Positions 41,051 through 49,061 of a stretch of 64,000 nt of DNA are shown here, piece by piece. Origin of the DNA: Gammaproteobacteria bacterium (lineage in GTDB: Bacteria; Pseudomonadota; Gammaproteobacteria; Ga0077536); contig CAXXLL010000003.1 of the NCBI GenBank assembly GCA_963662545.2, positions 1,024,001-1,088,000 on the forward strand, written 5' to 3'. A model generated the notes under the pieces. The model did no database searches, was not told the DNA's origin, and worked only from the letters and a program-made list of their open reading frames with translations. The first letter of the stretch is position 1. The number at the start of each line of letters is the position of its first letter. The position numbers and the translations under genes were made by a program.

Positions 41051-42076
41051 CTAGCTGGAGTCTCCTGGGACATCTTTCGGCTCGGCCGTACCGGCGTGTC
41101 GGATCTCGGGCAAAGGCCGAGAGCAATCGGCCGCCATCGCGACCGCACGCGAGTAGAGTTCACCGTAGTAGTTCTTTGTCCCGGTGCGCATGACGGGCAT
41201 CAACCCGATCTTGTAAGACGCCTTGAGCAAACCCATGCCGTCCTTTTCGCCGTCGCCGAACATCAAGTCCATACGGATGTTGGAATTCAGGACCTGATCG
41301 TACGCGCCCCATAAGCGCGGGGTGGTAAACGGTCCGCCACCCGCCAGAACGTCGAGCACGACCTTGCCTTTGTCGGCGTGAAATCCAAGCGCGGCAAACC
41401 CATCGCCCTCGTAGTAGCTGAAGATTTTTCCGCCGCAGACTTGCGGCATCTGGTAATCGTATCGGTCGATGAAGCTGCCGCTGTACTCGGACGGCATCTG
41501 CACGCCCCGTGTTCGAACGCGTTGCATCTTGCCGTGGGCGCGTACCTCGGAAGCGACGCTCATGATCAATTCTATCTCCCCATGCGGTGCGGAAACAAAT
41601 CGTTTACCGGCTTCGATCAAATACGGACGCTCTTCGACCTGCCTGTGCCCGATAACCTCGATGGTCGGTACGACGGCGGCGCCATCCTGAATCAACACGC
41701 CTTCTTCAGCCATGGCGGAGCTCGCCACCAGCCCCGCTGCGAACATCAGTACCGGTGCGAGACGACGGCGTTCGTCACGGCACCCAAGTTGACGCCGGCG
41801 GCGCTCTTCGAGCAGCTTGAATCCATTTTTCAGGGCATAGGCTTTGAGCCGTCGAAATGCCCCGGGTTGATCGTTCCCCAAGTCTCGGCGGTGAACCAGG
41901 GTACGTACGCCCTTGATGATGCAAGGATGAATCGTCGTCGCGTATTGAAAAGGGCGCGACGCCGCAGCCCGAGAAACGGCTTTTGAAAGACTAGTGAGAA
42001 ACGAGGGCACTTGATCCGAAACGGGTGCGGGCCCGGTATCGACCAGGGCTTGCTTGAACGCGGGATTTGTCAGCAT
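41051..42076 (-). CDS. Hypothetical protein with an internal signal-peptide-like segment
   Basis: 341-aa ORF with GGAGGA RBS before ATG 42076; no family recognised. Confidence 0.65.
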   Translation of the reverse strand: MLTNPAFKQALVDTGPAPVSDQVPSFLTSLSKAVSRAAASRPFQYATTIHPCIIKGVRTLVHRRDLGNDQPGAFRRLKAYALKNGFKLLEERRRRQLGCRDERRRLAPVLMFAAGLVASSAMAEEGVLIQDGAAVVPTIEVIGHRQVEERPYLIEAGKRFVSAPHGEIELIMSVASEVRAHGKMQRVRTRGVQMPSEYSGSFIDRYDYQMPQVCGGKIFSYYEGDGFAALGFHADKGKVVLDVLAGGGPFTTPRLWGAYDQVLNSNIRMDLMFGDGEKDGMGLLKASYKIGLMPVMRTGTKNYYGELYSRAVAMAADCSRPLPEIRHAGTAEPKDVPGDSS

Positions 42077-42333
42077 GGCATTTCCTCCGGCCTCGCTTGG
42101 GCCGAAACTTAAAAGTCATCCGTCGTAAGGGTATTCGGCAGGAAACCGCCAGACTTTATGACGAAGCTCACATTTTCGGGGTCCCGATGGAGCTCATAAA
42201 TGAGTCCCCGAGCCCGCCTATTGTGCAAAGGCGGCCGCAGCACTCGGAGAAGTGGTTGAACAAACAGGATTAATCAGGCCATTCGGCGATGTTCGGGCCA
42301 GGCGCCATGGGTATTTCGACGCCGCCGTCAGGC

Positions 42334-43662
42334 CTATTTCAGCGCGGCGGCCTCGATTCTTCGCTGCCACAATAAACGGCCCGCGCCGTCACGCGACGAG
42401 AGGGTAAGCGCCCGCGCGGCCGCAGGTCCACTGAAGGAAATCACGCAAAAGTTTCTCTCTCGTACGAGGGTGCCGGCATCCATTTCGGGATTATTACTCG
42501 CTTCGTAATCCTTGAAAGGCCTCGAAGTCAGGGGCGAACAGGTCAATTCGTATAGATCGTAGGTTCCCTGTCTGCTCGTGCTGGCAAGCTTCGTAAAGTG
42601 CCGATCGCCGCTGAGAAACATGACGCCCGGGATCCGATTAGCAGTGAGCCAGGCAAGAAAATCGCCCTGTTCGCGCGGAAAATGATTCCACCCTTCGAAG
42701 CGGTTGTGTCGATTGAGCATTTCGCTTCCATTGACGATGAATTTAAACCGGGCGCGCGACACTCTCAGAGCGTTCTTCAACCAGCGTATCTGATCGCGCC
42801 CAAACATTTGCTTATCCTTCAAACCAGCCGCATGGTCTGCGTCTCGATGGTAGCGGTTGTCCATCAGAAAAAACTCTGCATCACCATATGAAACGCTCGT
42901 GAAAATGCCGGGAACATCGGGCTGCCCGTAATTCGGATTCGCCCAATAACGTTTGAATATCTCGAGCGACTCGCGTTTGAACCCATAGGCGCGATTTGAA
43001 TTGTTGGGTCCGTAATCGTGATCGTCCCAGATCGCTACGTGGTGGGTACCTCGTAAGAGGGGCTGCAGCTCGTTCAGGTTCCTCGCGTAGCGATATCGAT
43101 ACGCGACGCCGCCGCGGCTCAGAAAATCCGCTTCTCTCAGGTACACGTTATCACCCAGCCACAACATGAAAGCCGGTTGCAGGGCGGCGATATGTTTGAA
43201 TATCCCGTAGCCTCCGCCGTAGGGTTTTCCTGGTCTGTCGAAGGGCGGATCGTTGGTGTAGGAACAGGAGCCAACCGCCACTTCGAAGTCGGGTGGCGGG
43301 GCGTGCCACTGCCACAGAACCTGGGTGTGAAACCTGAGCACCTCCGACGATATCGCGGTATCGCCGTCGAGTACTTCATAAGCGTAAGTTGTTCCAGGAT
43401 CGAGTTCAGTAATTTCGAACAGCGTTACGTAATCGAACTCGACGCTCAACGCTTGTGCGTCCGTTTGAACGCGCTTGTGCGCCGCGCCGACCGGCCAGTA
43501 AGCGACCCGCGCGATACCGGGACCATCCGCCTGCAGCCAGATCGCCGCCGAACGCATGCCGACCCATCCGGGCATCGGACCCGCGTGCAGGGTCCAGGCC
43601 GGCGCCGCTTCGGCCAGGCACGCCAAGGCCAGAACGACGAATAACCCAATTGAATTTTGCAA
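42334..43662 (-). CDS. PhoD-family alkaline phosphatase / metallophosphoesterase
   Basis: GSC; WLGDNVY; IWDDHDY; MDNRYHR; LSGDRH. Confidence 0.9.
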   Translation of the reverse strand: MQNSIGLFVVLALACLAEAAPAWTLHAGPMPGWVGMRSAAIWLQADGPGIARVAYWPVGAAHKRVQTDAQALSVEFDYVTLFEITELDPGTTYAYEVLDGDTAISSEVLRFHTQVLWQWHAPPPDFEVAVGSCSYTNDPPFDRPGKPYGGGYGIFKHIAALQPAFMLWLGDNVYLREADFLSRGGVAYRYRYARNLNELQPLLRGTHHVAIWDDHDYGPNNSNRAYGFKRESLEIFKRYWANPNYGQPDVPGIFTSVSYGDAEFFLMDNRYHRDADHAAGLKDKQMFGRDQIRWLKNALRVSRARFKFIVNGSEMLNRHNRFEGWNHFPREQGDFLAWLTANRIPGVMFLSGDRHFTKLASTSRQGTYDLYELTCSPLTSRPFKDYEASNNPEMDAGTLVRERNFCVISFSGPAAARALTLSSRDGAGRLLWQRRIEAAALK

Positions 43663-43765
43663 TATGGCCCGGCTCGACTCTGAGGGATCCCGCCTACCTT
43701 ACCCCCATCGCCAGGATCTTAGGAGTTGAACGAATACGCAGACGCTTTGGTGAGCAAGAGGATAG

Positions 43766-43897
43766 AACCACTAACAACACGGAGAGAAGAAAAAAAATGA
43801 CTAATTACATGCCATATTCGACTTTTTCGCGCCGTGTTCTTCGTGTTCTCCGTGGTTCATTGCGATTATCTTTAGCGATCTAGGACTAAAGGACTAG
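43766..43897. repeat. Imperfect 9-mer-arm hairpin with CATTGCGA tail and AGGACTA repeats
   Basis: AACCACTAACAACACGGAG ... CCGTGTTCTTCGTGTTCTCCGTGGTT CATTGCGA ... TAGGACTAAAGGACTAG. Confidence 0.7.
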
Positions 43898-43911
43898 CTG
43901 ATGAGCTTTAT

Positions 43912-44520
43912 CTAGCGGTCGCGTGCCGGCGCGTCACGGCCGGACCGGGGCGGACGTTGCGGTGTCCGCGCATCGCCGTCGCGCGGCCCCGTATCCGATC
44001 GCCTCTCGGCTGCTCTCGGCTGCCGTCTACCGGGTTCCAAATTTCTCTGGTTGTCGCGGCTCCGACGATTCTGGCGCACGAATTTCCTGCGCTGCTCGGC
44101 TGACATCGACTGCCATTTATGGCGTAGATCGCGCCTTTGATCGGACGGCAAGGACTGAAAGCGCTGGTAGGACTTGCGCAGCCGCTGTCGCTGCTCGGGC
44201 GGCAGCGATTTGAACCGCTCCATTCGACCCCGGAGTTTCTGCTTCTGCCCCGGGCTGTACGACTGCCAACGTTTGAGCCGTCCGCGCGCCTGGCGGCGCT
44301 GCCCGGGATCCATATTGCGCCACGCCTCGGCACCTTCCATCAACCGACGCTGGCGCGCGGGATCGAGGTCATCCCATTGCCCACGCATTTTTTCTAATAC
44401 GCGCTGGTGATCGGCATTCAAGGAATCCCAAGGGATGGTGTCGTCCGCGGACAGGAGACCGGCGGCGAGCAGACACCAGCCGATTAACAGGCCGCTCACT
44501 ATGACTCTAGTCGCCTGCAT
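43912..44520 (-). CDS. DUF3106-like secreted helical repeat protein
   Basis: Signal peptide, then W/F-x-x-L-x-P-x-Q-R repeats (WDSLNADHQ, WDDLDPARQ, FKSLPPEQR). Confidence 0.78.
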   Translation of the reverse strand: MQATRVIVSGLLIGWCLLAAGLLSADDTIPWDSLNADHQRVLEKMRGQWDDLDPARQRRLMEGAEAWRNMDPGQRRQARGRLKRWQSYSPGQKQKLRGRMERFKSLPPEQRQRLRKSYQRFQSLPSDQRRDLRHKWQSMSAEQRRKFVRQNRRSRDNQRNLEPGRRQPRAAERRSDTGPRDGDARTPQRPPRSGRDAPARDR

Positions 44521-44719
44521 CACGTTCTTCCCTGCCGATCTTTTGCTCCGATATTCGTCGTTCGTCTTCGAAAAACCGTGGATCGATGGGTTCCCCATCG
44601 CTTTGCCATTCAGCAAGAAACTCGAGCAGTTCCATGTCGGGGATGTCGTCATCGGCGAGATCTGCGAATGAATTCCAACACAGCGAAATCCCCAGCCAAA
44701 TCAGCACGCTAACCCGCAT
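44507..44719 (-). CDS. Small secreted acidic protein
   Basis: Signal peptide plus PDMELLEFLAEW; overlaps both neighbours in the operon. Confidence 0.65.
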   Translation of the reverse strand: MRVSVLIWLGISLCWNSFADLADDDIPDMELLEFLAEWQSDGEPIDPRFFEDERRISEQKIGREERDAGD

Positions 44720-45050
44720 GGCCGCGGCTTGCCAGCCACTCGTAGAAATCGAGATCTTCGACCAGGTCCATATCCTGACTCGCTGCGATCAATTCAAATG
44801 CCAATGGCACTGCTTCGATCGGAGCGGGACGTGACAACATAAAGCTCAGTGCCATGACGATAGCGGCGGTGGCCGTCCCGAGAGGTAGTAAGCTCTCATA
44901 ACTCCAGCGTCGCGAGCGCGTACGCTCCAGGGCCTGCAACCGGATCGCTTGCAGGCGCGCTGCCAAAAATGCGTCCGGCGCATCAAGGTCCCCCTCGAGA
45001 GCGGCACGAACCCATTCTTGCAATTGGTCATCCGTCGCATTCATGATCAA
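44709..45050 (-). CDS. Putative transmembrane anti-sigma factor (DUF3619-like)
   Basis: Follows the ECF sigma with an ATGA overlap; ARLQAIRLQAL, single TM, C-terminal DLVEDLDFYEWL. Confidence 0.7.
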   Translation of the reverse strand: MIMNATDDQLQEWVRAALEGDLDAPDAFLAARLQAIRLQALERTRSRRWSYESLLPLGTATAAIVMALSFMLSRPAPIEAVPLAFELIAASQDMDLVEDLDFYEWLASRGHAG

Positions 45051-45597
45051 GCTTCATCCAGGGCTTTGCGTATGCGCGCTGTTGCCCGGAACAGGTGCGT
45101 CTTGACGCTGCCTTGTGAGCAGCGCATTGCTGCGGCCGTCTCGCGCACGTCCAGACCCTGCCAAATCCGAAGCAAAAAAACCTGCTGTTGCCGCAACGGT
45201 AATTCCTCGATCACTCGGGTCAAGTTTTCCAGCGTGTTTTCGGCGGCAACGGATTCCTCCGCCGATGGCGCGTGGATTGCGCCCGCGAAATCGGCCACCT
45301 CGCCATTGCCGGGATCGCCGACTTCGCGTCCGGGTCCAACCCAGGTAAATAATTTCTTGCGCGTGGTATTGCGGCGGTGCCAATCCAGAATTCGCCGCTC
45401 GAGAATCTTGAAAAACAGCGGCGGCCACTCGGCTTCAGGCCGGTCAGCATATTTTCGCAAAGGCGGATCATAGTGTCCTGCACAATATCCAAAGCATCGT
45501 CCTGATTTCGCGTCGCGAACCGTGCTATTCGAAATGCTCGGCGTTCTACGCTCGCCAGAAAAGCGTTCAGCGCCCTGTGGTTGTCCCTTGCTTGCAT
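45047..45597 (-). pseudogene. ECF RNA polymerase sigma factor, frameshifted (possible sequencing error)
   Basis: Region 2 (ERRAFRIARFATRNQDDALDIVQDTM) and region 4 (LPLRQQQVFLLR...GSVKTHLFRA) are in different frames; one base is missing at about 45459-45461. Confidence 0.85.
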
Positions 45598-45711
45598 CCG
45601 CGCGGCATCGATTACGGTGACCCGGATTATAGCGCCGACCACGCGCGACGCCGCTTGGTGCGGCGTCGCTAGATCGCGTCGGCATGGCCTTAGTCGTGCC
45701 TATGTTGCGAA

Positions 45712-46704
45712 TTACCGGCGGCGTGCGACACGGCCCGATCTGGTCGCGCCCCGATCACCGTGACGATTCATCTGGTTTGTCCGACGGTCCGTGCGGCGAT
45801 CCGTCTGGTTTGCCCGACGGTCCGTACGGCGATCGGCCCTGTCACCCTGGCGATCATGACGCCGATCGATTCGATCACCTCCATCCCTTATGCCACGATC
45901 GGCGTAGTCGCCCTTGCGATCAAGACGGCGGTCAATGCGGTCGCCCTTACGATCGAGATGTCGATCGACACGATCGCCCTTCCGATCCAGGCGCTTATCG
46001 ACGCGATCCCCTTTCCGGTCCAGGCGCTCATCGATGCGATCCCCTTTACGTTCAAGGCGGTCAGCCAGTCCATCTTTTCCCGCAGCTTCGGCGCGATCGG
46101 CCCGCGCATCGTAACGGTCCTCAATGCGATCGCCCTTGCGGTCTAGGCGGTCGTCGATACGATCGCCCTTGCGATCGAGGCGCGCGTCAATGCGGTCGCC
46201 CTTGCGGTCCAGGCGGCGGTCGATGCGATCGCCCGCGCGGTCAGGATCTATAGCCGCATGATCGCCTTTCCAATCGAGCCGCCGATCGATACGGTCACCC
46301 TTGCGATCGAGACGCGCATCAACACGGTCGCCTTTGCGATCTAAGCGTTTATCTATGCGGTCACCCTTACGATCCAGACGCTTATCTATGCGATCGCCTT
46401 TGTTTTCCAGACGTTCCGCCAAGCCGTCTTTCCCGGCTTCCGCGGCGCGATCAGCCCGCGCATCGTAGCGTTCTTCGATGCGATCACCCTTGCGGTCCAG
46501 CCGCTCGTCGATGCGATCGCCCTTGCGATCGAGGCGCGCGTCGATGGCGTCGCCCCGATGGTCTAAGCGATGGTCGATGCGGTCGCCCCGGTCCGGCCAT
46601 TCAGGTGACGTTCCGGCGCCGGAAGCGGCGTCTTCCGCGACGGCCGGGAATACTATAGAAAGTGTGAACGCCGCTATTGCGGGTCTCAAAAAGTGGCGAA
46701 TCAT
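45712..46704 (-). CDS. Secreted 11-residue (DRKGDRIDxRL) repeat protein
   Basis: GGAG RBS; signal peptide MIRHFLRPAIAAFTLSIVFPAVA; many degenerate 33-bp repeats. Confidence 0.85.
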   Translation of the reverse strand: MIRHFLRPAIAAFTLSIVFPAVAEDAASGAGTSPEWPDRGDRIDHRLDHRGDAIDARLDRKGDRIDERLDRKGDRIEERYDARADRAAEAGKDGLAERLENKGDRIDKRLDRKGDRIDKRLDRKGDRVDARLDRKGDRIDRRLDWKGDHAAIDPDRAGDRIDRRLDRKGDRIDARLDRKGDRIDDRLDRKGDRIEDRYDARADRAEAAGKDGLADRLERKGDRIDERLDRKGDRVDKRLDRKGDRVDRHLDRKGDRIDRRLDRKGDYADRGIRDGGDRIDRRHDRQGDRADRRTDRRANQTDRRTDRRTNQMNRHGDRGATRSGRVARRR

Positions 46705-46738
46705 GGCTTCGTTCTCCGAAAATTGACAATACACCCCC

Positions 46739-46768
46739 TACAACGGCCGTAGGGGGCATCGGTTGACA
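46739..46768 (-). promoter_or_regulatory. Putative ECF-sigma promoter TGTCAAC-N16-CGTTGTA
   Basis: AAC/CGT ECF signature with a 16-nt spacer, about 35 bp upstream of the repeat gene and in front of the ECF operon. Confidence 0.55.
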
Positions 46769-46787
46769 AAGTGAACGAATATTTTTC

Positions 46788-47337
46788 CTGATGCGGTCAA
46801 TCCCGTATATCGACCGGCGTGCCTTCTTCGACCCGATCGAACAACTCGACAACATCCGCATTGCGCATTCGAATGCAGCCGCGGGAACCCGGGCGGCCGA
46901 GTGAGGTGCCGTCCGGGCTGCCATGGATGTAAATGTAGCGGGCCTTGGTATCGGTTTCTCCGCCGGAGTTTCGGCCAGGCTCGAGGCCGCTCAACCACAA
47001 GATCCGGGTGAGTATCCAATCGCGCTCCGGGTGTTCGGCACCGATCGCGTTGGAGAAGATATCTGATGCGGTCAATCCCGTATATCGACCGGCGTGCCTT
47101 CTTCGACCCGATCGAACAACTCGACAACATCCGCATTGCGCATTCGAATGCAGCCGCGGGAACCCGGGCGGCCGAGTGAGGTGCCGTCCGGGCTGCCATG
47201 GATGTAAATGTAGCGGGCCTTGGTATCGGTTTCTCCGCCGGAGTTTCGGCCAGGCTCGAGGCCGCTCAACCACAAGATCCGGGTGAGTATCCAATCGCGC
47301 TCCGGGTGTTCGGCACCGATCGCGTTGGAGAAGATAT
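46788..47337. repeat. Exact 275-bp tandem duplication of the 3' half of the YkuD gene
   Basis: 46788-47062 equals 47063-47337; stop codons at 46797 and 47072. Confidence 0.93.
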
Positions 47338-47560
47338 CTCCAGTCGGTTTGCGCCCGACGAATACCGTATTAACAGCGCAATCCTGTCCTATCTTCTCAC
47401 TGATTTCATGCCGCCCACACGGCGTGCACTCGCTGTCCAGGCGTTCACCGGGCCCGTTCCTGGCCGTCGATACCGGATAGCTCGATACCAGTCGGCCGTC
47501 TTCCAACACGCGCAATTGCTGGCGGGTAAGATCAATTTCGAGTCTTTTATCGGTCGCCAA
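47072..47560 (-). CDS. YkuD-family L,D-transpeptidase-fold protein without a signal peptide (ElsL-like L,D-carboxypeptidase)
   Basis: RDWILTRILWLSGLE, RYIYIHG...SRGCIRMRN; 162 aa; no export signal. Confidence 0.82.
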   Translation of the reverse strand: MATDKRLEIDLTRQQLRVLEDGRLVSSYPVSTARNGPGERLDSECTPCGRHEISEKIGQDCAVNTVFVGRKPTGDIFSNAIGAEHPERDWILTRILWLSGLEPGRNSGGETDTKARYIYIHGSPDGTSLGRPGSRGCIRMRNADVVELFDRVEEGTPVDIRD

Positions 47561-49061
47561 CGCGATTTACCTTTGAAGTGAATTCCAATGCATCGAAATT
47601 TCCGTGCAGGTCGGTCGAGTAGCCGACGATTTCGTCGCGCGAAACGAGTAGCTGGTCCTCGAACCACAATGGTATATAAGGAAGATCGTACAACAAGCGT
47701 TCCTGCAGTGCGTGGTAGAGCCGCACACGTTCCTCGATGCCCGCCGTCTGTTCAGCCGCCTCGATCAATCGGTCTACCTCGGGTTGCCGGTAACGGCCGC
47801 GATTGGCGCCGACGGGCGGCAGGGCATCGCTGTGGAACGCATGGCGAAAGATGTCGGGAAGCCGGAGGCCGACCCACGATAGCGAATAAACCTGAAAGCG
47901 CCCATTCTTTACGTCACCATAAAAAGTACCCCAATCGAGGCTCTGAATATCGAGCTTGATTCCCACACGCTGCAGTTGACTCTTGAGCACGGTAGCGATG
48001 CTCAAGCGAAAATGGTCACTCGATGTCTTGTAGTAAAGGCTGATCTCTCCGTCTCGATATCCCGCATCAGCGAGCAGTTCGCGAGCCCGTTCCGGATCAT
48101 GAACAAGCGCATTCAGACCCCCTGCACCGGCCCAGTGTTCGGGCGGGAAAATCACGTTGGCCCGGCGAGCGTAACCGCGAAAGATATATTCGATGATGCT
48201 GTCGCGGTCGATGGCGTATCCAATCGCGCGCCGTACTGCTCGATCGCTCGTCGGACCGCGCTCCAGATTGAAGCCCAGATAGGAAAACGTTGCGCCGTCG
48301 ACATGCCGGGCATTGACGCCGGACTGCGACGACAACCAATCGAACAAAGCCGGAGGAATATTACCCTGGATGATATCGAGTTCCCCGTTGACGATTTTGA
48401 GGGCGCGAACCGTCGCATCCTTGACCGTGTGAAACTCGAAACGGGCGCCATCGGCACGGCGCCGCATGAGGATCGCGCCGCCGGCTCTCGTTTCCAGGTA
48501 CTCGAATCTACCCGACGTTCTGCGCACGTCGTACCTGGAACGCTCGATATCAGCGTCCTCGGACGACATGACACCGATGACGAGAGTGCCGGGGAACAGC
48601 AGATCGGGACGTTCGAGATGGAAATCGACGGTCTTGGGATCGACGACCGACATCGACCTAATATTGACGAGCGAGGCCTTGTGGGGAGACGCCCTCGCGG
48701 GATTAAGAACCGAACGATAGGTCGCCACGACGTCATTCGCGGTAATGGTACGGCCGTCGTTGAAGCTTGCATCCTCATCGATGAAGAACCGATAGTGGGT
48801 GGCAGAGCGCTGTTCCCACCGCGCGAGATCGGCGACGGGCTTGGCCGCGAGATCAAAATCGACCAGCGCCCGGTGCAACAGCCGGACCAAGCGATACGAT
48901 ACGGCATCCGTCGCAAACCTCGGATCCAGTGTTGCCGGTGCGACTGGCAGGCCGATGCGAATCGCATCGCGATCCTGCCAGCGCTCCGAACAGGCGGCTG
49001 CGCCGAGGATCAGTAAGGCTACAACGCTGCATACGAATAGCCCCGTATGATTTCGTTTCAT
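47547..49061 (-). CDS. ABC transporter substrate-binding lipoprotein, family 5 (Opp/Dpp type)
   Basis: Lipobox AAAC; TLDPRFATDA; VRRAIGYAIDR; DLPYIPLW. Confidence 0.92.
   Translation of the reverse strand: MKRNHTGLFVCSVVALLILGAAACSERWQDRDAIRIGLPVAPATLDPRFATDAVSYRLVRLLHRALVDFDLAAKPVADLARWEQRSATHYRFFIDEDASFNDGRTITANDVVATYRSVLNPARASPHKASLVNIRSMSVVDPKTVDFHLERPDLLFPGTLVIGVMSSEDADIERSRYDVRRTSGRFEYLETRAGGAILMRRRADGARFEFHTVKDATVRALKIVNGELDIIQGNIPPALFDWLSSQSGVNARHVDGATFSYLGFNLERGPTSDRAVRRAIGYAIDRDSIIEYIFRGYARRANVIFPPEHWAGAGGLNALVHDPERARELLADAGYRDGEISLYYKTSSDHFRLSIATVLKSQLQRVGIKLDIQSLDWGTFYGDVKNGRFQVYSLSWVGLRLPDIFRHAFHSDALPPVGANRGRYRQPEVDRLIEAAEQTAGIEERVRLYHALQERLLYDLPYIPLWFEDQLLVSRDEIVGYSTDLHGNFDALEFTSKVNRVGDR

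Noticed and set aside
45712-46600. 33-bp periodic repeats as a CRISPR array
   Set aside because: Codon-degenerate repeats inside one ORF; no unique spacers and no cas genes.
46738-47294. Extra ORFs with repeated peptides near the YkuD gene
   Set aside because: By-products of the 275-bp tandem duplication.
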